From positions 1,809,674 through 1,873,673 of the forward strand of contig MU057651.1 in assembly GCA_013265495.1 (NCBI GenBank): 64,000 bases of DNA. The letters are read 5' to 3'. The notes beneath the pieces are model-generated. The model had not been told where the DNA came from. It saw only the letters and a program-made list of their open reading frames with translations, and ran no database searches. This document shows, piece after piece, positions 12,152-25,140 of this stretch. Source of the stretch: Vicugna vicugna. Lineage: Eukaryota. Both the position numbers and the translations under genes were made by a program. The stretch's first letter is position 1; the number at the start of each line of letters is the position of its first letter.

Positions 12152-12669
12152 TGTTACCAAGTCCAGGCTCATTCTGCTCACTGCACGACAGGCTACTACG
12201 TCAGGAGACGCGGTGTTGGGGCAAGGAATAGTGGCTTTATTTGGAAAGCCAGCAGACCGAGAAGATGGGGGCTAACGTCCTGGAGAACCATCTTCCCCGA
12301 GTCAGAATTCAGCCTCCTTTTATACTAAAAAGGGGAGGGGGTTTGGTTGGTTGTTGCAAACTTCTTGCTGCAGGAATCCTTTGTTCTTGCAGCTGTGCAC
12401 GTGGGTCAGGTCACAGTGCCCCTGCAAACCTCCCGCAAGACAAGTGTTAGTCTCTGTTCTGCAACTTTTTATCTTTATATGACGTGGAAAGTGTTCTACT
12501 CTTAAAGGTCAGAGCCTTGAGGATGGGCTCTCTTGCCTGTTTCAGGCTTGAAGCGACATTCTGTTACAAAAGGTGCAGAAGCAGCATGACTCAGCACAGG
12601 AAACAGGACCAGGGTTAGAGCCAGAGGAACAGATCTGATGAGGAGTCACATTTGTTATTCCCTGTTGCA
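12152..12669 (-). mobile_element. ERV1-like solo LTR
   Basis: TG...CA ends; minus-strand TATAAAA and AATAAA; homologous to copies at 36242, 54534 and 63060. Confidence 0.82.
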
Positions 12670-12787
12670 CAGTGACCTCATTTAACTTTCCTTCTGTAAT
12701 GGCCACGTCTCCAAATACTGCCACCCTGGGGGGTTAGGGCTTCGATGCATGGATTTTGGGGAGACATGAACATTCTGTCCAAAACAG
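12670..12787 (-). mobile_element. MaLR LTR fragment (MLT1/MST-like), apparently interrupted by the ERV1 LTR
   Basis: ccaaatactgccaccctggggggttagggcttc...ttttggggagacatgaacattctgtcc resembles a MaLR terminus. Confidence 0.6.
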
Positions 12788-15336
12788 TGTTACCACTGTT
12801 ATTTAAACTCCCACATGGTTATCACCCTAATTTTTAAGCCTTTCTTTACCTCTCAGAAATGATCGCCTCTCTGCATTTGCCTCGATTGCCCCACGTTTAC
12901 ATTAACTGTGCGTATACGTGTGTTTCCCACGACTAGATTTAAGGTAGTGGCCTCTTGGGATGTCTGGCATCAATCATGCAATTAGAACCATCTAAACACT
13001 GAGACACGCCGCGTCTGCCCACTGGTGCTCCTCTGTTTTCAGTCGTCTTGGGTTTATTTTTGCATATTTTGACGGCGACGTCCTCACGTTTGCTAACCTA
13101 CCCCCTCCGTGCCGAGCAGTCACCCGCAATTCCTCTCATCCAGTCATGTTTCATCTCAGTCTCTAGTTTTCACTTCCAGAAATCCAATTTGGGCTGTATT
13201 TTTTTTTTTTATGTCTTGTACGTCGTGTACTCTGCCGCGTTCCCCCTTCTCGAATATATCAAATAAAGTTATAATGAGGGGAAGAAATTACCGGCACCGT
13301 AACTCTTGTCACCGGCGTCCCCTTTTTCGATCAGCTTTGATTGATTTTTACGCCTCTTTCCGTGTCTGAAGATGTTTAATTAGGTGCCCGACGACGATGT
13401 AATTTTGCTTTCTTGAGTTTTGTCATCTCCCTTCGCTTCGAACGATTCTTCATCTTTACTCAGTCAAGTGACTTTGAAACATTGTGATATGTTTTGAGAC
13501 TTGTTTTTCAGCTTTATGAGACTGAACCAGATCAGCATTTAGTGTGGGATGTACTGTCCCCATTACTGAAGCCAAACTGTCCCACGGGGCTGCCCTTCCC
13601 CATCCCCTGTGTGTCACGATGCTTTTTTTCCACTTGGTACCATGGACACACGAACTGCCCTGGAGTGAGTGACCTTTGCAGGGGGTTCCACCTGCTCCTT
13701 CTGGGTGGCCATCCCCCAAGCTTCAGCCACCTTCCTTATGTGGGTTATCACTCTGCTAACTGCTTGCGGGACCCCCTGCAAATTCTGGAGACCAGGCACC
13801 CAGTCCCTCTCTCCTCGGTGGCTCTTTGCCCTGCAATCTCCAGCTCTTGTGTCCCCAGGCTCCCAGCTCTGTCTCCTGACATCCAGGCAACCACTGGGCT
13901 CCATCTGCCTTCCTCCTTCTGCTCCTGTGACCCCGAATTCCTCTCTAGAGAGGAAGCAGGGGCAATTAGACCCTTTGCTTTTCTTCCCTCAGGGATCTAT
14001 CATGTCTGCAAACCATTGCTTTATATGTATTTCCCCGTTCTTTTTAGTTCTTTAAAGGTGGGAGGTCAAATCTGGTCCCTCTGTAAATGTCACTTTGATA
14101 GAGGGAAATACAAATCCAATCGTAGGAATACCAGGGCTTTCCAAACAGGAAGGCACAGCGAATCCCACTTTATGGCAACCGACGGGATATCTTAGAAGCT
14201 GAGTAAATACGACAGCTGAATAGAGGACGCTGTTTGAATTGCATCTAAATTAAGCAGCAAAACTTACGTGAAACCATCCAGCGCAGGTGTGACCCAGGTT
14301 ACGGGCTCGAATACCTCAGTGACAACGTTCTGCAGTCCTGCTCCTTGCCTTCCATTCAGTTCTCTTCATTTTTTCTGAACCAGGCATAATCCTGGAACAG
14401 CTGATCCTACAGTCACAGAGGTTTCAACGCAAGTTCGTTTGAACCCTGAGTTGTCTAAGGGAAGTACTCTCCAGCTTGGAGTTCTGATATGAAGGAAAAT
14501 GTGGATGTAATTAACTCTAACACGGCTTTATCTTAATCTGAAGCCAAAATCAAAACACGTTATTTGCAGGATTTAGGGTGTTTCAAAACTATGTTTCCTG
14601 GATCTAAAGCACTCAGCTCCATTTTGCATGAATTTCCTCAGAAGAACGTGCCTCAAGGAGATTCCGGCCACAGCCTCTGCTTGACGCTGCTTCTAAGTAA
14701 CGAGGCGATGCAAATTGTTTTGCATGCATATGGATGAGAACATGCAATTAGTTTTCAATTACGTACCCGACTGCTTTTAAGAAACTCCCAATTTGTCCTG
14801 CACCAACACTGGCTCCTTCTTTTCCTTTTTAAACCTTAAGCAATTTTAAGAAGTCATCTAGCAGCACAACAGGATCATTTGAACGGAAGAAGGAAGAGTC
14901 GTTGGGGCTTCGGAGGAAAAGAAGCCTGGCAGACAATTTTATTTGCCTTAACTGGTCTGGTGTTCCCCGCAACACTGTTCGGAAGGGGTCATTCTGTCTG
15001 TTTTACAGATGCGTCATTAAAAAATGGTCTTCACTGAATTATGGAGGAAACAGTTGAGCTGCAACTCAAAGCAGGAGCTATTCAATCTAGAACAGTTCTT
15101 CTCTTCCACTCTGAGGCATAGTCCCCTTTGTCTCAAAATTTCTCTCCCGAATTAATCAATTTGCATGAGAGAGAAAACAACGGGCAAACAAGGAAAGGGA
15201 TAAAATTTGCTGTGTCTGCTCTCCTGGCTTCTCATTGCACAGGGGGCCACCACGCTCATCTGCTCACATGGTCAGTGCCTCCTTGACCACTCTGGGCACA
15301 TCCTCACCTTAGAATCTTTGCCTGTGTCTTCTCTGG

Positions 15337-15450
15337 ACACCCATGTTGCTCCAAATGGCATTATTTTATTCTTTTTCATGGCTGAGTAGTATTCCATTGT
15401 ATAAATAGACCACAGCTTCTTTATCCAGCCATCTGTTGATGGACATTTAG
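15337..15450 (-). mobile_element. Isolated internal L1 fragment embedded in an L2-like relic
   Basis: Near-identical to ~15945-16058; no poly(A) tail; flanks resemble the L2 3' region. Confidence 0.75.
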
Positions 15451-15500
15451 TTTCCCCAGATATCTACCCAACCACCCTGACTTGCCCCAAGTCTTTGTTT

Positions 15501-16334
15501 ATTTTATTTTTTTCATAGAATTTATTTATTTATGTTTTGATGGAAATATAGTCTGTTTACAATGTTGTGTTAATTTCTGGCGTACAGCATGGTGATTCAG
15601 GTATACATACATATATATATTTCTTTTCATATTCTTTCTTGTTATAAGCTATTATAACATGTTAAATGTAGTTCCCTGTGCTGCACAGTAGGACCTTGTT
15701 CTTTGTTTATTTTATGTATAGCGATGTTGGTCTGCTAATCCTGAACTCCCAGTTTATCCCTCCCCACCTCCACTTTCTTCCCTGGTAACCACAAGTTTGT
15801 TTTCTATGCTGGCGAATCTGTCTCTGTTTTGTAAACAAGTTCATTGGTCTCATTTTTTTTTTAGATTCCACATGTGAGTAATCTCCATATGGTATTTTTC
15901 TTTCTCTTTCTGGCTTGCTTCACTTAGAAGGACATTCTCCAGGGACACACATGTTGCTCCAAATGGCATTATTTTATTCTTTTTCATGGCTGAGTAGTAT
16001 TCCATTGTATAAATAGACCACAGTTTCTTTATCCAGTCATCTGACAATGGACATTTACGCTGTTTCCATGTCTTAGCTGTTGTAAATAGTGCTGCAGTGA
16101 ACATTGGGGTGCAGGTGTCTTTTCAAATTAGAGTTCCCTCTGGATATATGCCCAGGAGCGGGATTCCTGGGTCACATCGTAAGTCTATTCCTAGTCTTTT
16201 GAGGAATCTCCATCCTGTTTTCCACAGTGGCTGCACCAAACTGCATCCCCACCAGCAGTGCAGGAGGGTTCCCTTTTCTCCACAGCCTCTCCAGCATTTA
16301 TCGTTTGTGGACTTTTGAATGACGGCCAGTCTGT
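15501..16334 (-). mobile_element. 5'-truncated L1
   Basis: ORF2 C-terminal remnants (ORFs 15850-16104 and part of 16123-16416); T-rich tail; TSD caagtct(t/c)tgttt at 15488-15500 and 16335-16347. Confidence 0.92.
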
Positions 16335-16349
16335 CAAGTCTCTGTTTAC

Positions 16350-16548
16350 TAGTCTCTGTCTCCATGGTTACAGGGTGCCTTTCCCAGTGTGTCTGCATCC
16401 TCTCTTCCTCCTCCAAGGATCCCAGTCATGTCCATCCAGGACGATCTCATCTTAACCGATCACACCTGCAAAGACCCCACCTGCAAACAAGATTTGGGGC
16501 TCCAGCTGGACATAAAATTCGGGTGGGGGGCACATTCAAACCACTGCA
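16350..16548 (-). mobile_element. MLT1-type MaLR LTR fragment
   Basis: atctcatcttaacc...cacctgcaaagacccc...ggggggcacattcaaaccactgca. Confidence 0.65.
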
Positions 16549-17044
16549 TGTAGTAGACACTTGCCGTGTGACAGACTGGATGAATGCTCTGTGGTCTGAG
16601 CGTGCTGGGCTCCTCTTGCAGAGATTCCCATGGTCCATGGAGCTCTGACCACGTCCATGTGATTGAAGCAAGGAGCCCAGTATGCACCGACTCTCTGTGT
16701 CCGTGCCTTTGAATCCGGTCTTGCCCATTTAGCATGCTCTGGACAGTGAGACAACTGCACATGTGATGCACAGACGTCAATGCTTGTGCATTAAAACTAC
16801 TCTGCTGTCCTCATGTGAGCCGTGCAAATGATCATGTCTTCTGGAGGATGCGTGACCAGGTGGACCCTGACTGATCTTTTTTATTTTATTAAGATTATGT
16901 GCACACAGACACACATATATATGCCTATATCACTAACCTGCTGATTTGGAAATTAGCCTTCTTTTAATTTCACTGAAGGCTTCCAAGGAGAGACATCTAG
17001 TGAAGGGTGTGTGACCCATTTAAATTTTAATTGTTCTGATTCTT

Positions 17045-17135
17045 CTTTTTTTTTAAATAGAGGGACTGGGGATTGAACCCAGAACCTTGAGCACGCTAAG
17101 TGTGCCCTCCACCACTGAGTTACGCCCTCCCGACC
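17045..17135 (-). mobile_element. Short Vic-1-type SINE
   Basis: tRNA-like head directly followed by tail; TSD taatt(g/a)ttctgattctt at 17028-17044 and 17136-17152. Confidence 0.85.
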
Positions 17136-18879
17136 TAATTATTCTGATTCTTAAATGCATCACACACAATTTCTCAGATGGGAAAATTTCACTGAATTAC
17201 CAACTGGAGAATCACTCACCTTAAATTATTTTGAAGTGCATTCACTTAGTTGCCAAAAGGGTTGTCTTGCCCCAAATAGAAAATTTACACTTCTGTCATC
17301 AGATGACTTACAATTCTGTACGAGTGTGCGTTCACTCAGTTATGGAAGGGAGGGTTCCCTGATTCCTCCTCTAGCAATCTCCAGTCTAATTACTTTTTAT
17401 GAAAATCACATTATACAATGGATAGAAAATCTAATTCAAATTTCTTCACATAGACATTTCAATAGAGCCTTTAGGCACTAAAATTTCCCCCGAAGGCGGT
17501 TAAATCCTAGCAGAGAAAAATTGGGTCTGCAAAAGCCTCATATAATGAATAAAGTTAGCAAAAAGGCATGAGGTTCATGAGGCATTTGCAGCAAGCACAA
17601 TTTTCACAGGTTTAGTCCTTTCCCGGAATTTTTTTAGGGACAAAGCAAGACGCTTCATTGAAAGCGGAATCCTGTTGAAGTCTGGACGGACCCCTTCTAG
17701 TGTAAGCTGAGATCAGAGCTATCAGGTGGCTGGAATGAAAAAAGGGTCAGAGAAAACGCACATTCGTTTCCACGAGGTTTTTCTCAGGGAAAAAAGCTGA
17801 CTCAGGGACTCAAGGGAGGAATCCAGACTTTCCAAAAATATTAGCATTCAAAAGAGTCAGCTGCCCACCTCGGGGGAGGCCTGGCTGCAGGCAGTGCGGG
17901 CTTGGAGAGGTTTCCGTGCAGGGAAAGCCTTGCCAAGGGTCAGCTTCCCTGGAAAAGCTCTTGTCTACAGCGTTTTCCATCAGAGCGGCTTGAAAATTCA
18001 CTCTCCCTGAATAAAGAATGTGTGGAGCAGACATTCAATGCCTTTATCTCTTATTGCAACACAGAGGTTGTCAGTGTTCACATACGTAGAAGTCTGGCTA
18101 AGAAAGCTTTTTTTCTTTCTTTTTTTTTTTTTGCATAGTTTTACCATAAAAATTATTTCTGCACAATGAGAGCCAGCTGAGACTCCTCTTTTTATCAGTC
18201 TTGTTCACGCTTTTTTGCAAAGGTGGCCGGAAAGAGCATGTTTGTTTGTTTGTGCTGCGCTGCGCTCAGCTCAGCTCGGCTCAGCCTGAATGTGGGATGT
18301 GGTCACTGCCTGTGGCCGCCTGCCTCTCGAAGGTACATTGTTGGGCTGGGATGGGGTACTTTCCGATTTAAATAATCCCATCTGTACAGAAAGATAAATT
18401 TTTTGTTTGTTTGTTGGTCCTGGCATTTTGGGCTGGGGAGGAAGTGGAGGCCAGACCTTAAAAAACGCATACATTGTAGGCTCTTCCTGAGTTCTAAACT
18501 AGCCCTCACTGCTGGGGAACTCTGCTCACCTTTTTCTGCTCCCAGGGCCTCTGTGGTCCAGAGAAGGCCAGAGTCTGGCTAGGAGCAGGGGAAAGGGATC
18601 CGGCAAAGGGACAGCGACTGGTCCGATGTGACGCGACAACCCGTGAAGTGTCGGCAAGCGTCCAGATCGTGGCTGGCACAGATGCGCTTGGGGGCAGAGT
18701 GAACATTGCACACCTAAGAGAAATCCCACCCCTTACTTTGCTTTAATAAACACACGTCTGAACTCAGCAGGCAAGAACTGAGATCTGTATGTCAGTGTTC
18801 AAAAAAGGTTCCCTTCTCTGGGAGCAGAAATGATCACAAAATATTGTGGAACAATATTTTTTCCTAAGTGCATCATCTC

Positions 18880-19070
18880 GTGAGCATTTGCTATGGACCA
18901 GCCATGTCCCGGGCTGTTCACATGCGCCTCATTTTATTTTATCTTATTTCCATGTTACAGTGGTCCAGCTGGACAGATACAAATACACCCATTTCACTGG
19001 CGAGAAAACAGAGGCTCGCAGAGAAAGGATTTCAAAGATCAGACACCTGGAGAGTTGCATTGCCTAAATC
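18880..19070. mobile_element. MIR relic
   Basis: gagcatttgctatggaccag...cccatttcactggcgagaaaacagaggctc. Confidence 0.55.
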
Positions 19071-19172
19071 TGAACGTGTCTGTGGGTCTTCTAATTTCAT
19101 TCTCTCTATTATTTCGTTTTGCATTTAGACATGCATCTTGCATGCAACCTCTTACGTTTAATATTTATTCTT

Positions 19173-19637
19173 TTTTTTTTTACTTTCCATAGTTTTTTTT
19201 TTTTAAGTGTAGTTAGTTTACAATGTTGTGTCAATTTCTGGTGCACAGCATCATGTCTCAGTCATACATGCACACACATACATTCCTTTTCAGATTCTTC
19301 TTCATTGTAGGTTACTACAAAGTATTGGCTAGAGTTCTCTGTTCTGTACAGAAGAAACTTGCTATTTATCTATTTTATATATAGTATTTTGTATCTGCAA
19401 ATCTCGGTCTCCCAATTTATCCCTTCCCACCCTCTTCCCCCAGTAAGCATAAGATTGTTTACTATGTCTGTGAGTCTGTTTCTGCTTTGTAGATGAGTTC
19501 ATTCAACTCTTCCTTTTTTCTATTTTTAGATTCCACATACGATGATCTCATATGGTGTCTTTCTTTCTCTTTCTGGCTTACCTCACTTAGAATGACCACC
19601 TCCCAGTCCGTCCATGTTGCTGCAAATGGCGTTATTA
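19173..19637 (-). mobile_element. 5'-truncated L1 3' end
   Basis: L1 3' UTR motifs; TSD aatatttattctt at 19160-19172 and 19638-19650. Confidence 0.9.
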
Positions 19638-20484
19638 AATATTTATTCTTAAATGTTGTTTTTCTCCTTAATGACCCAATGTAGTAGGAGACAGAAGCCA
19701 GTAAAGCCATGGGAGAGAGCCTGACCCTCAGAGAGCTTGCTGAATTGCTGGGGGTCACGCAGGTGACTGGGAAAGATGGAATTCGACCTGCGTTCTCTCT
19801 GACCACAAACCTTATCCAGCTTATCAGGCAGGAGGACCTCCAATGAAATTTGGTTTCGGAACATTGGCTCCTATTTGAAGAACCAGGACCAGCGGCCCTG
19901 CCTGGTTTTGTTATTTTGTTTCTCCTTAAAACCCTCAGGAAGGGGAGCTTTAGATGGTGGGTCCAAGGGAGCAAGGACAGAAGGAGTCAGGCGTGATGGA
20001 AGTTTTCATATTTTTTGAGCAGTGACTTCCCGAACGTGGGGTCTGCAGTAACTTAATAAAGCGCTCCAGCCTCAGGCTCTCCCTCCTGTCCCCAACCACC
20101 TCTTTTGGAACAAAAGCCGTGCACGAGACGTCAGGTGCTATGTGACCTTCAGAGAAGGGTAGCATTCCCCGAAGATGCATTTACTCCAAGAGGCTGAGCT
20201 GATAACGTAGCAAAAATCATGCAAAATGGTGATTGCTGACCATTCTGCAATCTGATAAAGTGGCGAAAATGGCAAAAAAAAAAGTCTTCTCAGATAAAAA
20301 GATTTTTATAATAAAGTAAATCTACCATATTCACATATAGCATAAAATTATGAGTCCAGTTTGTGCTTTTTTGCCTGTTGCTTCTATTTCTTTTCTACTA
20401 ATTAAAAAAAGATAATCAAAGAGCTTCAAGCATCACACGTGCTTATAACACTGGTAAATTAGGTAAAAAAGAAAAATCCAGAAT

Positions 20485-21135
20485 GTGGAGAAACTGCTGG
20501 TGGGAACATAGTTTGGCGCAGCCACTGTGGAAAACAGCATAGAGATTCCTCAAAAAACTAAAAATAGACTTACCCTAAGATCCAGCAATCCCACTCCTGG
20601 GCATATATCTGGAAAAGACAAAAATTCTAATTCAAAAAAGGCATGCACCCAAATATTCATAGCAGCTGTATTTAAATAGCCAAAACATGGAAGCAAACTA
20701 AATGTCCATTGACAGATGACTGGATAAAGAAGATGTGATGTATTTATATGATGGAATACTACTCAGCCATAAAAAAGGATAAAGCAATGCCATTTGCAAC
20801 AAGGTGGATGGACCCAGAGATTATCATAGTAAGTGAAACAAGTCAGATAGAGAAAGACAAATATCACATGATGTCACTTATATGTGGAATCTTAAAAAAA
20901 ATGATACAAATTCTATTTACAAACCAAAAGCAGACTCATGGGCATAGAAAACAAACTATGGTTACCAAAGGGGAAAGGGTGGGGGAGGGATAAATTAGGA
21001 GTTTGGCATTAGCAGATACGTGCTACTATATATAAAATAGATTAACAACAAGATCCTACTGTTCAGCACAGGGAACTATATTCAATTTCTTATAAAAACC
21101 TACAATGGAAAAAAACTGAAAAAAATATATGTATG
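20485..21135 (+). mobile_element. L1 ORF2 end + 3' UTR fragment
   Basis: ORF 20748-20993 MEYYSAIKKDKAMPFA... plus 3' UTR motifs. Confidence 0.88.
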
Positions 21136-24100
21136 TTAAAAAAGATTGCTATAAAATTACTGTAGAAATCGACTTGTCTTTTAATAAATATTTTAATAAA
21201 TAAGATGGGATCTGTGATGTAGTTGAGGAAAGTACTTAAGAAATCGTGTCATCCTTAGGCTGAGCAGAATTGCTGCTTCAAGAAGTTTTTCAGGGGAGCA
21301 GCTGCTCCGTGTCAGGATCCCCACGGGTGGCCTAGGTGTGGGGTCCCCCCGGAGCAGAACTGGACAAGCACTGGGGTGAGAGGAGCTGACGTGGCCGGTG
21401 AGCCCGGGAGGGGGTGCGAGGGAGGGAGGGGGGCACCCACACACACAAAAGGTGCTTAACGCAAAGCCCAGAACATAGAAGGAAGGGTCTATTTCATTAT
21501 CACAGCGCAGTGATGGCACCGAAACCCAACGACAGGTGTCTTTGCCAGAAAACCGCCAGTAATTCCACCCACAATATTTGCGAGAGGAGGAATCCGATTT
21601 AGAATTTAACAGGTCCTTGGGAGGGAAGACAAATGGGGGGGACCCTCATTGGAAGAGTTAGAGTTTATACACAAAGCAATTTTTTTTAAATGCATGTGTT
21701 AATTCGTCATATGCACGGAAAGCATTTTCTTCGCTCATGTTTTAAGACATTCAGGGCCCTTTAAAGAGGTCTGCTCTATGATCCTTTCCAAGTAATTATC
21801 TGAGAATTGACGGTATCAGGAAAAGGGATCCTTAACTTCCTTGCGAATCCCTGTTGGGTCTCCTTGTTGCTATGGAAATCCATCCAAAAAGGCGTCTTTC
21901 TTCAGCGGTTTATTTTTTCCCCTTGTTACGTTGCTGTGCCTCCGGCAAAATCGATGCGATGTGAGCCGTGGCCAAGACGTAGCCATGGGGCAATATTGAT
22001 GCCCGGAATTTAGAAGCGAACGTGCTGTGCAGGTGTGATGGAATGAAGGGCCCTGCCTTGATAAAGGGTCCCTCTGCCTTTTCCTAGCAGCTGTCAGGAA
22101 AGTACACCTTGGAGGGGTAATTGCTCTTTTTACAGGGACTTTTATTGCTTGTAATTTAAAGCCACAGTAATTGAGATGCTGAGTGGGGAACTGGTGGCAG
22201 GAAAAAGGAGGGCTTGCGAGGAGCAAATTCTGACCCTGGATGCTAACAACACATGATCAGAGGCTGAGAAGCTGGGGTATCTTATTATTAATGATGGGGG
22301 AGGAAAAAGAGATGTGTCTTTTTTGCAGACTGGCATCGCAGCCTTGGAGACTGTGGGGACAGGACGAGATAAATCACGATGAAGGCCCTGGGACGTTATT
22401 TGTGGAGAAAGTTGTCTTGTTTTGGTAACATCGAAACCCATGCACTTGCTTTACCTTGGCAGTGAGACTCTGTAAATACTCTTGGGGAAGATCTTCCATC
22501 CTCTCTGGCTTCTAAGAAGCTCAGACCCGTGTTCCAAAGACAGCCAAACGTATATGATCTTATGGGATACACTTTATGACATCTTCCCCTTGAATGAAAC
22601 TGCATTTCCTAATTTTATTCCTTCCTCTTTTAATTTTTTTTTATATTGTGCGTACCTCTTGTTTAAAATCCTTCCTGGATTCCTACAGGAAAATCCACTT
22701 ATAGACGGGGGGAGAGGGTGCTCTGAAGATGGGGGCCAAGTTGGCTGTTTCTGGACCTTGCAGCCTTGGGCTCCAGTCCCTCTGAGAGCTGGGCTGCCAT
22801 GGCCATCTTTCATTTCCATTTTGTCCACATCCTGATTTCATATGGAAAAGGAGAAGCCACTAGGGACTCTGGAGTCTTCCTCAGAAACGTGTTTTTACAG
22901 GACAAATCTCCCCAACTCTGTTCCGTTGCGTGCAGTCTTGTCCTGTTGGGTACCATGTGCGGGACAGCTCGGGGGCTAGTGTCCAGTTATCTTTTTCCAC
23001 TGGGCTGCATCTAAAGTCCTCCTCAGTTAGGTCGCCTCCCTGACGAGTCATTTCTGCCACTTAATCTCCAGTGCCCATTTTTTGACCCTCGCCAGTCTCT
23101 CCTACCTGGTCCCACCTTCCGTGCACACTATTTTCCCCCAAACTCTGTCTCTGTTGACGTTGTGCGGATTCTGGTCTTGTACCGCCGCGCACAGGGGTTT
23201 TGTTTCCACTTTCCAGGTGCACAGGTGTTCCCACCTTCCGCACAGACGTCTTCAGGGCTGTTCAGTCTTCGTTATTTCTCTCCACAACTGAGACGCTCAA
23301 ACCGAGAGGGAGAGATGGAAGGGCCTTGGGAAGGCATTTCATTTTACGCATGAAATAAAATCAGGAGGAGGCAGACTGGAAGTTTAAGAACAGGAATGAG
23401 GAGGTCGGGCTCAAAATCTCGACGCTTCTTCCCCGAATGACTCAGCGGAACGTGCGTGGTCTCCGGAGACCTGTCTTCACACCGATCTTCCTCCGCATCT
23501 GGGCCACGCCGCTCGCTCCTGCGCTTCAAACGGCCCTGGCGCGTCGGCGTCACCCACAGCTGCACCTCTGGTCGCAAACTCTTGATCGACATGTTGTCCC
23601 GACGCTGCCTGGATACCTGTAGACGAGACAACAAAGTTGTAATTCAGTATAGCTTTCAGCAAGTTGGTTTCTTCTCCAGAATTTCCTTTCAAATGTGAAA
23701 TTTTCGGTCTACTGTCTATAGTGGGTTTTACAAAACAGGGGCTAAAGCCGGGGAGACACGGAGAAACAGAAAGTCTCCCCAGCCTAAGGGAGTGAGTCCT
23801 CATGGGGTCCGGGAAAGCGTAGATGTGAATTTTAGACTCTAAATAAACACGAGCACAAACGTAATCCAAAATGAAACCTCAGTGCGAGGTACGTGTTCCA
23901 AAATACTAGGGGAAAAAGCAGAAATGATCCTTCACCTTCAGATAAATTTCTCCCTCAAAATAAGGCAACAACGGAGGGAGGGGGGGGGAAGAGCAATAAA
24001 AATAAAATTGTATTATGGTGGAAAGAAGGTAATATATACTAATCAATGAATATTAATCGCCTTAAATCACGGATTAAAAGAAAATCAGGGCAATGCTTCT

Positions 24101-24411
24101 CTACCAGAAATTTTCGCATAAAATATGTATAAATGTAACACACCTGCAAGTTAAGAATAGTTATAAGTAAGGGGTTATACGTGGAAAATATTAACCAAAA
24201 GGAAGTTGTGAGAAATCATAATGAACAAAGTGGGCTTCATGAATAAAACCTTTTTAGGCATAAAGACAATGCATATATGGTAAAATGTTCAGCTCAGTGG
24301 GAAAATACAGCAGTTGTAAACTTTAATTTGTGCAATAAATCTGTGTCATTGTAAATAAGGAGAAAACTGATATAATTATAAAGAAAAATATAAAGTGTTT
24401 TTAAATCTGTT

Positions 24412-24582
24412 TTTATATATAGTGGTTTAACATGTGCAGCACAGGGAACTATATTCAATATCTTGTAATAACCTTTAATGAACAAGAATATGAAAATGAA
24501 TGTATGTATGGATTTGCATGACTGGGACACTGTGCTGTGCACCAGAAAAGGCACGTTGTGACTGACTGTGCGTCAATTAAAA
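24412..24582 (+). mobile_element. Short L1 3' end
   Basis: gcacagggaactatattcaatatcttgtaataacc...caattaaaaa. Confidence 0.8.
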
Positions 24583-24739
24583 ATTTATAAGCTATTCTAC
24601 TGAATATAGGGGTTATAATACAACTTCCTTGAATGTCAAGCATATATTTAAATATGCAATTTATGTAACATAAACTATGCACCTTTTCCCACACCCAGCA
24701 AATTCAGAGCGCAGGGGAATGTATGAGCTCCGAATTCAG

Positions 24740-25140
24740 TGTTACGTTTTTACTGCGCTTCTTCAGAAGGAGAGCTTGGTGGCAAATGTTCAGGTGTGAG
24801 TAGTTTATAAGGACGGGAAAAGCCGATTGAGAAATGGGGAGCGAGACCGGAACAACAAAAGGGCACAGTTTCGAGTTAGTCATCGATGAGGGTGAATGGG
24901 GTTCATTCCTGCTGAGAAACTGTGGGACCAGCGTAAGATGTGCGCATGGGAATTCTCCCGCAGGGAACGAGGGAGCTGGGGCGTTGATACCCCAGCTCCC
25001 GTCGGACGTGGCTTGAGTGTGGCTCCTTGGGGTTGCTGGCGCCTGGACACCTACTGTGCAGGTGGGTGACAGCACATTGCAGTTATAACACGGGCCATGA
25101 GCATAGACGAAAGTCCACCCACAGGTAACACAGGTGGTAG
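24740..25140 (-). mobile_element. LTR16-like ERVL LTR relic
   Basis: gtgtgagtagtttat...gagggagctggggcgttgatacccagctccc resembles LTR16. Confidence 0.55.

Noticed and set aside
13494..14195. 233-aa ORF
   Set aside because: Non-ATG start, no recognisable domain, and the sequence looks like an old L1M-type relic.
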